Sequence record: SRR20825006_1462
Reading direction: 5' to 3' (one strand)
Length of the DNA stretch: 39,249 bases
The position numbers and the translations under genes were made by a program. The notes under the pieces are model-generated. The model ran no database searches and was not told the origin of the DNA. It saw only the letters and a program-made list of their open reading frames with translations. Below are positions 17,399-26,359 of this stretch, one piece after another. Every line of letters starts with the position of its first letter. The first letter of the stretch is position 1.

Positions 17399-18261
17399 AG
17401 GCAAACATCCCATATCATATTGGCTGTTCTAGTTGGAATGTTCCGAGTAGAATTGGGACATTTTACACTAAAAAATCAAAATCGGATGATTTAATAGGGC
17501 AGTATGCTTCAGTTTTTAATTCCGTAGAAATCTGTAAGAATATTAGAGAGTTCCCAACAGCGGGAGAACTTCAGAAATGGGATGAAGATACACCAGAGGG
17601 ATTTAAATTTTGTGTCAACTTCCCTAGAGAGCTAACTCACAAACAGCTACTTGAAAATGTAGAAGGCCAAGCTTTGGCTTTTGTAGACTCATTTGAGCCC
17701 ATCCGCAAAAAGCTCGGACCGTTTCTTATTAGTTTGCCACACAACTTTGATTTCAGTTTACTCAAAAGATTAGAGTCGTTGCTTTCAGCTTTGCCAAAAA
17801 CGTATAGTTATGCAGTAGAAGTTCAGCACGAAGATTTCTATGACCACGGAAATAGCGAACATAAACTCGAATTATTGCTAAAAAGTTATGGTATTGATCG
17901 CATTATATCAGATACTAGAAAGCTTCATGTTACAAAAGCTAATTCTCCAGGAATTGAAAATGCCCGCAAGAATCATCCAAATTTACCTGTGCGTTTTGGA
18001 GCAACGGCTTCTCGGCCAGTAGTGAGGTATTTAGGTACGAATGACATTCTCAATAACGAAGTTTATTTAAGAGAATGGGCAATTGTTGTGGCTGATTGGA
18101 TTAAAGAAAGGTTGCATCCATATGTGATTATCCAAACACCAGATATTATATCTGAACCATTTTTAAGCACCCACTTTCATCGGTTATTGTCTGAGCTGAT
18201 TCAGATCCCCCCTCTCGAAGATTGGCCAATAAACCGACAAGCTCAACTGGGGTTATTCTAA
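17395..18261 (+). CDS. DUF72 (YecE-like) domain protein with altered motifs
   Basis: IGCSSW, YASVFNSVE, TPEGFKF, THKQLL, YAVEV, RPVVRY, C-terminal QLGLF. Confidence 0.85.
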   Translation: MKANIPYHIGCSSWNVPSRIGTFYTKKSKSDDLIGQYASVFNSVEICKNIREFPTAGELQKWDEDTPEGFKFCVNFPRELTHKQLLENVEGQALAFVDSFEPIRKKLGPFLISLPHNFDFSLLKRLESLLSALPKTYSYAVEVQHEDFYDHGNSEHKLELLLKSYGIDRIISDTRKLHVTKANSPGIENARKNHPNLPVRFGATASRPVVRYLGTNDILNNEVYLREWAIVVADWIKERLHPYVIIQTPDIISEPFLSTHFHRLLSELIQIPPLEDWPINRQAQLGLF

Positions 18262-18899
18262 TCTTGGCCTGGAATTTTTGGGGGAGTTGCAATCATAGCA
18301 GTGAACTTTACATAAGGTAGAGTCTCTATTGTATCCATTTTCTCAAGCTCAGTGCCAGGGACAACTTCTACATTCACAATGCGAGGAAAATTCTGTTTAA
18401 TGAAGTAGGCAACATCTTTGAACTCGCGCATAATCTTTTTTAAGACGGCATCATTCACCGAATAGTCGAAAGTAATTAGGTAACTATCTGTGGATTGTGA
18501 GCTCAGAAAATCTAGTCGAGCCTGTTGATATGCTTCCTTAGACAATTTCTTTTTCCGTAATTCTTGTTCAAATATTTGATAATCCTTTTCGGTATCCAGC
18601 TCTTTAAAGGCTAGAACTTTAGGATGTGAAGAAAGCTTTTTTAAAGTACTATCAGATGGCGTATTGGCTAAAGAAATGATAATCGGTTCTATTCCATTAA
18701 AAGAAATGCGAATGTCTAGCGCCGCAAATTGTTGCCGAATAAATGCAGGTGAAACAGTATCCGCTAAGTAAACGGCAAACTCACCTTCGATAAAATTAAC
18801 AGTGCCCTGATTTAAATTTTCAACGGCACTATTGTCTATAACCTGAGCCGAACAAAACACAGGGAAAAGAAAGAAAAAAGTGAGAAATCGCTTAGTCAT
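18258..18899 (-). CDS. Secreted hypothetical protein, possible subtilase-prodomain (I9-like) fold
   Basis: Signal peptide CSA-Q; GEFAVYL and VEVVPGTE...LPYVKF segments. Confidence 0.7.
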   Translation of the reverse strand: MTKRFLTFFFLFPVFCSAQVIDNSAVENLNQGTVNFIEGEFAVYLADTVSPAFIRQQFAALDIRISFNGIEPIIISLANTPSDSTLKKLSSHPKVLAFKELDTEKDYQIFEQELRKKKLSKEAYQQARLDFLSSQSTDSYLITFDYSVNDAVLKKIMREFKDVAYFIKQNFPRIVNVEVVPGTELEKMDTIETLPYVKFTAMIATPPKIPGQD

Positions 18900-18986
18900 C
18901 GACTAGTATACTAAAAGTGAAGATGATGAACCTAAGAGTATTGTATAGATTTTGAGAGTTATAAGTAATTAAAAAACAGAAATAAC

Positions 18987-19051
18987 TTGAAAATCCTTTA
19001 AAAAAGAATTAAACTAAGACAGTTGTCGTATTATAAACGCCAATCGTCTTA
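18987..19051 (+). promoter_or_regulatory. Putative TA promoter and operator
   Basis: TTGAAA-17 bp-TAAACT (18987-19015), then an imperfect inverted repeat 19015-19051 (12 of the outer 15 positions pair). Confidence 0.55.
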
Positions 19052-19061
19052 AAATTGTTCT

Positions 19062-19487
19062 ATGGATGTAAATACATTTAATATTATTCTTGAAGACACA
19101 GTAGAATATGCTGTAGATAATGAACTAGGCTTGGTAGAGCTTGCGCGTAAAGGAGTTCTTAAAAAAGCAGTACAAAACCTTGCAAATTTCGCTTCAATTT
19201 CAATGAAAGAAATAGCAACGCTCCTACCCATTTCTGAGCGCTCGCTTCAGCGTTACTCAGATACAGATCGGTTAAATAGTGGTATTTCAGAACATATTCT
19301 AATTATCTCAAAAGTAATGCTACGTGCAGAAGAGGTTTTAGGTAGCTCAGAAAAATTAAGAAATTGGCTTAATTCACCTAGTATTGGCCTAGGCCAACGT
19401 ACGCCAATTAGCCTTCTCGATACAAGTTTTGGCGCACAATTAGTAATGGATGAGTTGGGCAGGTTAGAGTACGGAGTGTTTGCATAG
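19062..19487 (+). CDS. Xre/MbcA/ParS-family antitoxin
   Basis: HTH EIATLLPISERSLQRY; WLNSPSIGLGQRTPISLLDTSFGAQLVMDELGRLEYG. Confidence 0.92.
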   Translation: MDVNTFNIILEDTVEYAVDNELGLVELARKGVLKKAVQNLANFASISMKEIATLLPISERSLQRYSDTDRLNSGISEHILIISKVMLRAEEVLGSSEKLRNWLNSPSIGLGQRTPISLLDTSFGAQLVMDELGRLEYGVFA

Positions 19488-19945
19488 TGGAAGTATTCCG
19501 CATTGCAAGAGAGAAACACTGTAGAGATTTAAGTGGTGAAGGTGCTCGACTTTTTGGCGGCAGATGGAATAAAAAAGGCATTGGTTTAGTTTACACTTCT
19601 CAGCAAGCCTCTTTAGCGGCTTTAGAAGTTTTAGCACATGTTTCAAGCCCTACGCTCCCATCCGGCTTAAAATTGGTAACTATAGTAGTGCCCGACAACG
19701 TAAGTCAGGAAGTGATAGAAGTATCTCAGTTGCCAAGTGGTTGGCGAAATTACCCAGCGCCAAACTTACTGGCCGAAATTGGTACAAAGTGGATTCTATC
19801 TCAAAAGAGTTTGCTGCTGAAAGTTCCTTCTGTGTTGATTGAAACCGAGAAAAACATACTTATTAACCCATTACATCAAGAAATAAATAAAGTGAAAATT
19901 GTTTTGGTTTCAGACTTCAACTTTGATGGAAGACTGATTAAATAA
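19487..19945 (+). CDS. RES-domain toxin (NAD+ phosphorylase family)
   Basis: LSGEGARLFGGRWN, YTS..ASLAALE, VPS, NILINP; TAGTG stop/start overlap with the antitoxin. Confidence 0.93.
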   Translation: MEVFRIAREKHCRDLSGEGARLFGGRWNKKGIGLVYTSQQASLAALEVLAHVSSPTLPSGLKLVTIVVPDNVSQEVIEVSQLPSGWRNYPAPNLLAEIGTKWILSQKSLLLKVPSVLIETEKNILINPLHQEINKVKIVLVSDFNFDGRLIK

Positions 19946-20016
19946 AAACATGGTTGGGGGCTAAGCTAAAACCTCGTATTTTTATCAACTTGAAATAAAA
20001 CTAAGTACTCACTAGT

Positions 20017-21627
20017 ATGTCGAAAACGGCCGCAGCCGATTCAAAAATTAGCAAAGAAGCAAAAATCCGCCGAACCTTTGCTATTATCTCCCACCCTGAT
20101 GCTGGGAAAACTACACTTACCGAAAAGCTGTTACTTTATGGTGGAGCAATTCATGAGGCGGGGTCGGTACGTGCACGTAAAGCTTCGCATCATGCTGCTT
20201 CGGATTGGATGGCCATTGAAAAGGAACGAGGTATTTCGGTAACCTCATCGGTTATGCGTTTCGAAAAAGACGGAATTAAGTATAACCTGTTAGATACACC
20301 TGGTCACAAAGATTTTTCTGAGGATACTTTAAGAACACTTGTTGCTGCCGATTCTGGATTGATGGTTATTGATGTTGCGAAAGGTGTGGAAGAGCAGACA
20401 GAGAAACTTTTTGAGGTTTGTAAGCTGAGAGAAGTTCCAGTAATCACTTTTGTAAATAAGTGCGATCGCCCGGGTATGGATCCGCTGGAAGTTTTGAGTA
20501 ATATTGAAAGTAAGCTGGGCATTGAAGCCGTTCCTGCTAGTTGGCCGCTTGGATATGGCCAGAAGTTCCAAGGGATTTATGACTTAATTGGGCAAAAAAT
20601 TTACTTGTACGAAAAGACTGCACATGGTTCAAAAAAAGCTATAACAAAAATTCTAGACTTTGAAGAAGGTTTGGCAGCTTGTGCTCTTTCACCAAATGAA
20701 ATTGAGGCTTTCCGTGAAGAGGTGATGCTGATAGAAGATATGTTCCCGAGTATGGACAAAGAACTGTACAACTCAGGTAAAGTTTCGCCAGTATTTTTTG
20801 GTTCAGCCTTGAACAACTTTGGCTTGGATGTTTTTCTAAAATACTTCCACCAGTTAGCTCCACCTCCGCAACCATATATTCACTCCAAGGGTTCTGAAAG
20901 AGTAATCGACGAACCATTTTCTGGTTTTATTTTCAAAATGCAAGCGAATATGAACCCTGGTCATAGAGATTGCGCAGCTTTTATTCGTGTAGCTTCTGGA
21001 GAGTTTAAGAGAGGGTTGCAGGTAGTAATTTCGCATACAGGCAAAAAAATTAAACTCGCTACTCCTCACACATTGATGGGTGATGAGCGGTCACTTTTAG
21101 AAGAGGCTTTCCCTGGTGATATTGTATCTATTTTTAATCCAGGCGATTTTAAAATTGGAACTACTATTTATGAAAAAAAAGAAGTTCACTTTGATGTAAT
21201 CCCACTTTTTACGCCTGAGCACTTTCAAAAAGTGGCTACTAAAGATCCTTTCAAAAGAAAACAGTTACGCGAAGGTTTGCAGCAGCTTTCAGAAGAAGGT
21301 GTTGTTCACGTTTTCGAAGTTCCAAATGGAGTTGGTAATGAACTACTTCTTGGGACAGTTGGTGTGCTACAGTTTGAAGTAGTAGAGCATAGAATGAGAG
21401 AAGAATATGGCGTTGATTTAGTTAAAACACCGGTTTCTTATTATTGTGCGAGATGGCTTCCAAACGATAAGCCCGAAGTTATCGAAAAACTACAGTCGAG
21501 TTATTCAACTCATGTGACTAACGATATGGACGAAAACCCAATTGTACTTTTAGATTCTATGTACGCACTCAACCAAGCTGAAGAAAAAGTTGGTGCAGAG
21601 AATCTGTTTAAGTTCAAACAAGGGTAA
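20017..21627 (+). CDS. prfC: Peptide chain release factor 3
   Basis: RRTFAIISHPDAGKTTLTEKLLLYGG, ERGISVTSS, DTPGHKDFSEDT, FFGSALNNFG. Confidence 0.97.
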   Translation: MSKTAAADSKISKEAKIRRTFAIISHPDAGKTTLTEKLLLYGGAIHEAGSVRARKASHHAASDWMAIEKERGISVTSSVMRFEKDGIKYNLLDTPGHKDFSEDTLRTLVAADSGLMVIDVAKGVEEQTEKLFEVCKLREVPVITFVNKCDRPGMDPLEVLSNIESKLGIEAVPASWPLGYGQKFQGIYDLIGQKIYLYEKTAHGSKKAITKILDFEEGLAACALSPNEIEAFREEVMLIEDMFPSMDKELYNSGKVSPVFFGSALNNFGLDVFLKYFHQLAPPPQPYIHSKGSERVIDEPFSGFIFKMQANMNPGHRDCAAFIRVASGEFKRGLQVVISHTGKKIKLATPHTLMGDERSLLEEAFPGDIVSIFNPGDFKIGTTIYEKKEVHFDVIPLFTPEHFQKVATKDPFKRKQLREGLQQLSEEGVVHVFEVPNGVGNELLLGTVGVLQFEVVEHRMREEYGVDLVKTPVSYYCARWLPNDKPEVIEKLQSSYSTHVTNDMDENPIVLLDSMYALNQAEEKVGAENLFKFKQG

Positions 21628-21638
21628 TTAAGTTTAAT

Positions 21639-21666
21639 GCGGAAGTAGCTTAAAACTACTTTCCGC
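21639..21666. terminator. Hairpin between convergent prfC and protease genes
   Basis: GCGGAAGTAG / CTACTTTCCGC stem with one bulge; no clear U-tract. Confidence 0.5.
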
Positions 21667-22414
21667 TATTGGCTTTTAAATCCTGTATACATTGCTCGTC
21701 AAGGGTAGGGACATTACCGCCCATTAAATTTTGCATTAAATCCGTTGTTTGTATGGCGTAATACATCAAGCAGCTTTCTACATCGCAATGCGCTTCATGG
21801 CTCATATCTTCATGGTCCTGAATTTGATCAGTGCCGTTATTCACTAAACCAAGAATGTGTCCAAACTCGTGCATGAGTACAGAGGATTCTACGGTGGTCG
21901 CTGTTGGTTGGCCAAATCCACCAGTGTTATTTTGAACTACTTCTTCAAAAAGAGCCATGGAAGTATTGAAGTAGGCAATACCCAAAACATTTTCCTGTTC
22001 GTAAGCACCATCTAGCACTAAAAAATAGGCTGCAATAGTATTCTTCATTGAAAACGTATTTCGATGTTGTTTCTCTAACTCATAGACTTGCTGGGAAGTA
22101 AATGTTGTATTACCAGGTGAAGGAATTTCATCATCAAGGATTATTGAAATCCCAGAAGGTTTATTCAATCGAGCATTTAGAAAAGTTTTTAAGTCATCTA
22201 GCGCTTTTTGGCTTGGCTTGAATCCTTTAACATAATCGATTTCAATAATGAGTTGAGTGAAATCGGTACTAGACAAAAAGCCATTTGCAGAAGACCCTAT
22301 ACCTTGTGTATGTGAAAAAGAATGCGAAGAATCTGAACCTGAATTCTCAGTACAGGCAGTGAAAATCAGAACCCCTAAAAGAAGAACTGCTAAGCGATTA
22401 GTAAATATTTGCAT
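21656..22414 (-). CDS. Zinc metalloprotease lipoprotein (HExGHxxGL)
   Basis: Lipobox FTA-C; HEFGHILGL, later HC...CLMY; ATG 22414 preferred, 22459 possible. Confidence 0.85.
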   Translation of the reverse strand: MQIFTNRLAVLLLGVLIFTACTENSGSDSSHSFSHTQGIGSSANGFLSSTDFTQLIIEIDYVKGFKPSQKALDDLKTFLNARLNKPSGISIILDDEIPSPGNTTFTSQQVYELEKQHRNTFSMKNTIAAYFLVLDGAYEQENVLGIAYFNTSMALFEEVVQNNTGGFGQPTATTVESSVLMHEFGHILGLVNNGTDQIQDHEDMSHEAHCDVESCLMYYAIQTTDLMQNLMGGNVPTLDEQCIQDLKANSGK

Positions 22415-22484
22415 AATAATTAGGGTTGAAAGAGACGCTAGTATTAACAATTTTAACATTGAAATGTTCCATCAAGAAAATTTT

Positions 22485-22952
22485 ATGAATATACAAGTTG
22501 TTGAAGCTGATTTTGATAACCAAAAACATGTTGAACATATACTGTTCCTAACCAACGCCTATGCTAAAGATATCATGGGAGGAGGAAAATCATTATCTGA
22601 AGAAGTTCTAGGTGCTATGATTGAAGGTTACAAAGCAATGCCAACAGCCTTGCCTTTTCTTGCGTACGTTGATGAAGAACCAGTAGGATTAGCAAATTGT
22701 TTTTGGGGTTATTCAACGTTCTATGCAAAAAAACTCATCTATATTCATGACTTAGGGGTTGTACCAGATGTGCGAGAAATGGGAATTGGAAAAGCACTTA
22801 TTGAAGCGGTAGTAGCAAAAGCGAAAGCGCATGAGTGCTGTAAAGTTACATTGGAAGTGCTTGAGAATAACCCAGCAAGGCGACTTTATGAACGGGAAGG
22901 CTTTAAGTATGGAAACACTCCTCTTTTCTATATGTCGAAGTTATTGGTTTGA
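22485..22952 (+). CDS. GNAT family N-acetyltransferase
   Basis: IHDLGVVPDVREMGIGKALI, NNPARRLYEREGF; ATG 22485 aligns with the paralogue and avoids overlap with the divergent gene. Confidence 0.9.
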   Translation: MNIQVVEADFDNQKHVEHILFLTNAYAKDIMGGGKSLSEEVLGAMIEGYKAMPTALPFLAYVDEEPVGLANCFWGYSTFYAKKLIYIHDLGVVPDVREMGIGKALIEAVVAKAKAHECCKVTLEVLENNPARRLYEREGFKYGNTPLFYMSKLLV

Positions 22953-23086
22953 AATTGGCGCCGAATAAAATTAATTAAAACGATTATTTTAATTAATTAA
23001 TATTAGAATATAGCGCTTTATTTCAGGCTTTGGCTTTAATTCGTTAGTTTAAAGCCTAATTTCTAATTAAAAGAATTTTTTAAACC

Positions 23087-23581
23087 ATGATTGCAGAAGT
23101 AGATGTCAAAACTGACATCGAAATTATCCAAGCCGATTTGGATAACCCGAAACACGCAGCAGATATAGTTAAAATTGTAGATTTATTCGCAAGAGACCCA
23201 ATGGGTCAAGATGAGGCCTTAGAAGAGGAAGTAAGAGTGGATATGATTGCGGAGATGAAAAAAATCCCTACCACCATGACTTACATGGCATATCACGAAG
23301 GCAAAGTATTAGGAATAGTGACATGTTTTATTGGCTTTTCAACATTTACCGCTAGTAAAACCTTTAAAATTCATGATGTTGCCGTTCACCCAGACGCTCG
23401 AGGAATGGGTATTGGAACGCTAATGCTTAATAAAATTGAAGAAGAAGCAGCGGAAATGGGTTGCTCTAAAATTACATTAGAAGTAAGAACCGACAACCCG
23501 GCTAAAAAACTTTACGAACGTGAAGGTTTTGAATATGGTGAGCCAAAATGGTGGTTTATGACAAAAGAACTTTCTAACTGA
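23087..23581 (+). CDS. GNAT family N-acetyltransferase (tandem paralogue)
   Basis: IHDVAVHPDARGMGIG, DNPAKKLYEREGF. Confidence 0.92.
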   Translation: MIAEVDVKTDIEIIQADLDNPKHAADIVKIVDLFARDPMGQDEALEEEVRVDMIAEMKKIPTTMTYMAYHEGKVLGIVTCFIGFSTFTASKTFKIHDVAVHPDARGMGIGTLMLNKIEEEAAEMGCSKITLEVRTDNPAKKLYEREGFEYGEPKWWFMTKELSN

Positions 23582-23601
23582 TAGTTCTAGCGTATAATTT
23601 T

Positions 23602-23645
23602 AAAAAGGCTGTTGCTCGACATTATTTCGGGCAACAGCTTTTTTT
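23602..23645. terminator. Bidirectional intrinsic terminator
   Basis: GCTGTTGCTCGA / TCGGGCAACAGC flanked by A- and T-runs. Confidence 0.85.
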
Positions 23646-23671
23646 GTTTAGAATCTAACCTACGGATCGGC

Positions 23672-25000
23672 TTAAGATTTTTTCTTTTCTAATGCCTTTC
23701 TAAACTCAGGGTTTGCAGGCAATGGCGGAGGTGGCGGAAGAATACTTACTTTAGCATTTTTTTTCTGGGCTTGATAATACTCGTCATAGGATGCTTTTAC
23801 TTTTTTGTAAGCTTCGTTTATTTCTTTTTCGCTGTTCTTAGCAAAAGTCATGCTCATATATGCGGCTGTATTTGCTCTAAATTTTTCCATAGCAAGTGCT
23901 TCTTCAGCTTCAAGCATTTGGTAATAAACTTCCTCTGGTTTTGTCGTTTCATCTACGTGCGGTGGAATTACCTTTGTGAGTTGAACAAGAAGCGAACCTA
24001 ATTCTTGCTTTTCTGCTTGTGAGAGTGACTTTCCATTACTTATTTTTGATGTGAGCTTATTTACTAACTCCGAAACAGATGCTTGTTTAACATCTTGAGC
24101 ATCAATACTAGCACTGAAAAGTAGAACCGACATCAAAAGTATAGGAAGAGTACAGGCTTTTCTGAGCCAAATTTGCTTACGAGTTGATTTTTTTGTCATC
24201 ATGACCAGCCTTTTTTTTGTTAATGAATAATTAAAATTACTTGTCAAACTCAGAGTACTTGCGTGGGATGAATATTTAAGTAATAGTTGTTGATAGAATT
24301 GTAGATTCGTGCTTTTATCGGCCACAGAGCTATCTGCTAGGAATTCGTGATTGAGCTGAATGACCTTTTTGTAGAAATGAAATATAGGGTTGAACCAAAA
24401 CACGATTTTCAGAATCTCAATCAGTAGCACGTCGAGAGAATGCCATTCTTTGGAATGAATGATTTCATGATTGATAATTTCTTGTTCGATAAGTCCAGTT
24501 GCGTACTTCTTTTTGTTCAGAAAAATGAAGATTAGGAAAGAATGAGGTACTACATCTTCCTCAACAAGAACAAAATGGGCTCTACCTTTTTTAACACGCT
24601 CCGATGTTTTAACAAGAGCACGCATAGCAAACAACGATCTGAAAAAGCGGAATGCTAATATCAACACTACAAACCCATAAACCAGTAAAGCTGCGGTACT
24701 CATTGTTAAGAAAGAGCTTAGACTTGTGACAGAACTTGGTAGGGCATTATCAAGAGTATGATTAACTACAAAAGTATCCGAAATGTAATCTACAGGAGCT
24801 AAAAGAAATTCAGAAGTGGCGCTGTAGGATTGAGTAAAATCGAGGTTTAAAGAGATAAGAGGAATCGAAAGACCAAAAACCAAGCTAAAGAGAAGAAAAA
24901 ACCGATTGAATTGATGCATTTTTTCTCGCTCGAGTAGTACTAAATAAATGCCAAGAATCACTACCAAACATAATCCAGATTTGATGATATAGAGTATCAT
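23672..25000 (-). CDS. BlaR1/MecR1-like M56 metallopeptidase
   Basis: FNRFFLL, HEIIHSKEWHSLD, WFNP, HEFLAD, TKKRLVMM; no penicillin-binding domain. Confidence 0.9.
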   Translation of the reverse strand: MILYIIKSGLCLVVILGIYLVLLEREKMHQFNRFFLLFSLVFGLSIPLISLNLDFTQSYSATSEFLLAPVDYISDTFVVNHTLDNALPSSVTSLSSFLTMSTAALLVYGFVVLILAFRFFRSLFAMRALVKTSERVKKGRAHFVLVEEDVVPHSFLIFIFLNKKKYATGLIEQEIINHEIIHSKEWHSLDVLLIEILKIVFWFNPIFHFYKKVIQLNHEFLADSSVADKSTNLQFYQQLLLKYSSHASTLSLTSNFNYSLTKKRLVMMTKKSTRKQIWLRKACTLPILLMSVLLFSASIDAQDVKQASVSELVNKLTSKISNGKSLSQAEKQELGSLLVQLTKVIPPHVDETTKPEEVYYQMLEAEEALAMEKFRANTAAYMSMTFAKNSEKEINEAYKKVKASYDEYYQAQKKNAKVSILPPPPPLPANPEFRKALEKKKS

Positions 25001-25368
25001 GACTTCTTCTTTTGGATTTCTTGGTCAATGAGCGATTTTAATTCTTGGAGCTCTTTTTCAGTGAGATCTGTTTCGGAAGTAAAGAAAGAAGCGAACTGAG
25101 CTGAAGAGTTGTTAAAGAATTTTTTGATCAACCCATTAACATGCTTCGAAAAGTAATCGGTTTTCTTAACGAGAGGAAAGTACTCTCTGGATCTTCCAAA
25201 TTGCTTATAATCCACAAAGCCTTTGTCTTGCATGCGCTTTAGTAAAGTGGCTACCGTTGTTGGCGCAGGTTTAGGTTCAGGGTAAGCATCAAGTAAGTCT
25301 TTCATGAAAGCTTTTTTGAGCTTCCATAAATGCTGCATTAGCTCTTCTTCGGATGGTGATAATTGCAT
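24997..25368 (-). CDS. BlaI/MecI/CopY family repressor
   Basis: LSPSEEELMQHLW, TTVATLLKRMQDKGFV, YFPLV, FFNNS; ATGA overlap with the M56 gene. Confidence 0.95.
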   Translation of the reverse strand: MQLSPSEEELMQHLWKLKKAFMKDLLDAYPEPKPAPTTVATLLKRMQDKGFVDYKQFGRSREYFPLVKKTDYFSKHVNGLIKKFFNNSSAQFASFFTSETDLTEKELQELKSLIDQEIQKKKS

Positions 25369-25371
25369 TGC

Positions 25372-25406
25372 TCTACAAGTTTAGAATTGTTTCTACAAAT
25401 GTAGAA
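25372..25406. promoter_or_regulatory. Tandem BlaI/CopY-type operators
   Basis: TTCTACA-AA-TGTAGAA (25391-25406, perfect) and TCTACA-AG-TTTAGA (25372-25385) match the TACAnnTGTA box. Confidence 0.85.
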
Positions 25407-25502
25407 TAATAAAATATAAAAACAAATCGATGAGCAATAAATTTATAGTGAGGTTGAGTATCTGATTATAAAATAATGAGATACTAGATGGGTAATCCCA
25501 AC

Positions 25503-25528
25503 AAAAAAACCCGTAGTTAGCGGGTTTT
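25503..25528 (-). terminator. Intrinsic terminator of the transglycosylase gene
   Basis: AAAACCCG / CGGGTTTT with a 7-A run on the left. Confidence 0.75.
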
Positions 25529-25576
25529 AGTTGAAATGGATTGTTATCGAATCCACAAAAAGGAATGAATTTGTTC

Positions 25577-26359
25577 TTAACCTTTGGCGAGAACCTTGTC
25601 AGCTTCATCAGCTAAAGCGAGAACAGCTCCAACATAGAGGTCGCTCGGGTTATAGCGATATACAGATTTTTCCACCGTGCCTGTAATGTCTTTAAAATGA
25701 GCCAAATAATTAGCGACAGAGCTAATATTGTTGCTCATATTGTATAAATCGTCACCAACAAACCAGCGGTTTAAAGACCACGGGATAAATTGTGCGTAAG
25801 ACATAGCGCCAGCATAACTCGATTTCATTTCGAAAACATCCAGCTTATTTTTGTCGGCGAATTTTAGAAGTTCTTCGAGTTGAGCTAGAGCAAATTTTGA
25901 ACGATGTCCTTCTGCATACATAGATACGTACGCATTAAAAGGATTGTATTTTCCTGAATATTTACCAAAATGAGATTCAATTGCCAAGATTCCTACAATC
26001 ACACTTTGAGGAATTCCATACTCTTTTTCGGCCTTTTCTAAATCAGTTTGGTACTGCTCAATGAATTTAGCCATGTCTTTCGTTTTACTATCAAAGCCAA
26101 TCACCTTTTTGTAATCCTCTAGTGTTTGCATCTTCACTTCGGCAGATTTAGTGAATTTGTTAGTAATCTTTTCGTATAGCTTAAAGCGCGAATCATCTAA
26201 CATGGATTCAATATTGGTACCCTTCTTTGCAAAATGCGCTATTAACTCGGCTTTATAACCATCATTAGCAGGTGGTGTAGAAAACACATTGGTTGAAAAA
26301 CCTACAAGTGCTATTAGGATGAATAGATTGAGCCTTGGAAAAGTGAATTTGTATGTCAT
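25577..26359 (-). CDS. Lytic murein transglycosylase, MltB/SLT_2 family
   Basis: IVGILAIESHFG (catalytic Glu), SSYAGAMSYAQFIPWS, SVANYL, YRYNPS; ATG 26359 gives a clean signal peptide. Confidence 0.88.
   Translation of the reverse strand: MTYKFTFPRLNLFILIALVGFSTNVFSTPPANDGYKAELIAHFAKKGTNIESMLDDSRFKLYEKITNKFTKSAEVKMQTLEDYKKVIGFDSKTKDMAKFIEQYQTDLEKAEKEYGIPQSVIVGILAIESHFGKYSGKYNPFNAYVSMYAEGHRSKFALAQLEELLKFADKNKLDVFEMKSSYAGAMSYAQFIPWSLNRWFVGDDLYNMSNNISSVANYLAHFKDITGTVEKSVYRYNPSDLYVGAVLALADEADKVLAKG

Noticed and set aside
22257..22484. N-terminal extension of the first GNAT overlapping the protease gene
   Set aside because: Antisense to a real gene; homology with the paralogue starts at ATG 22485
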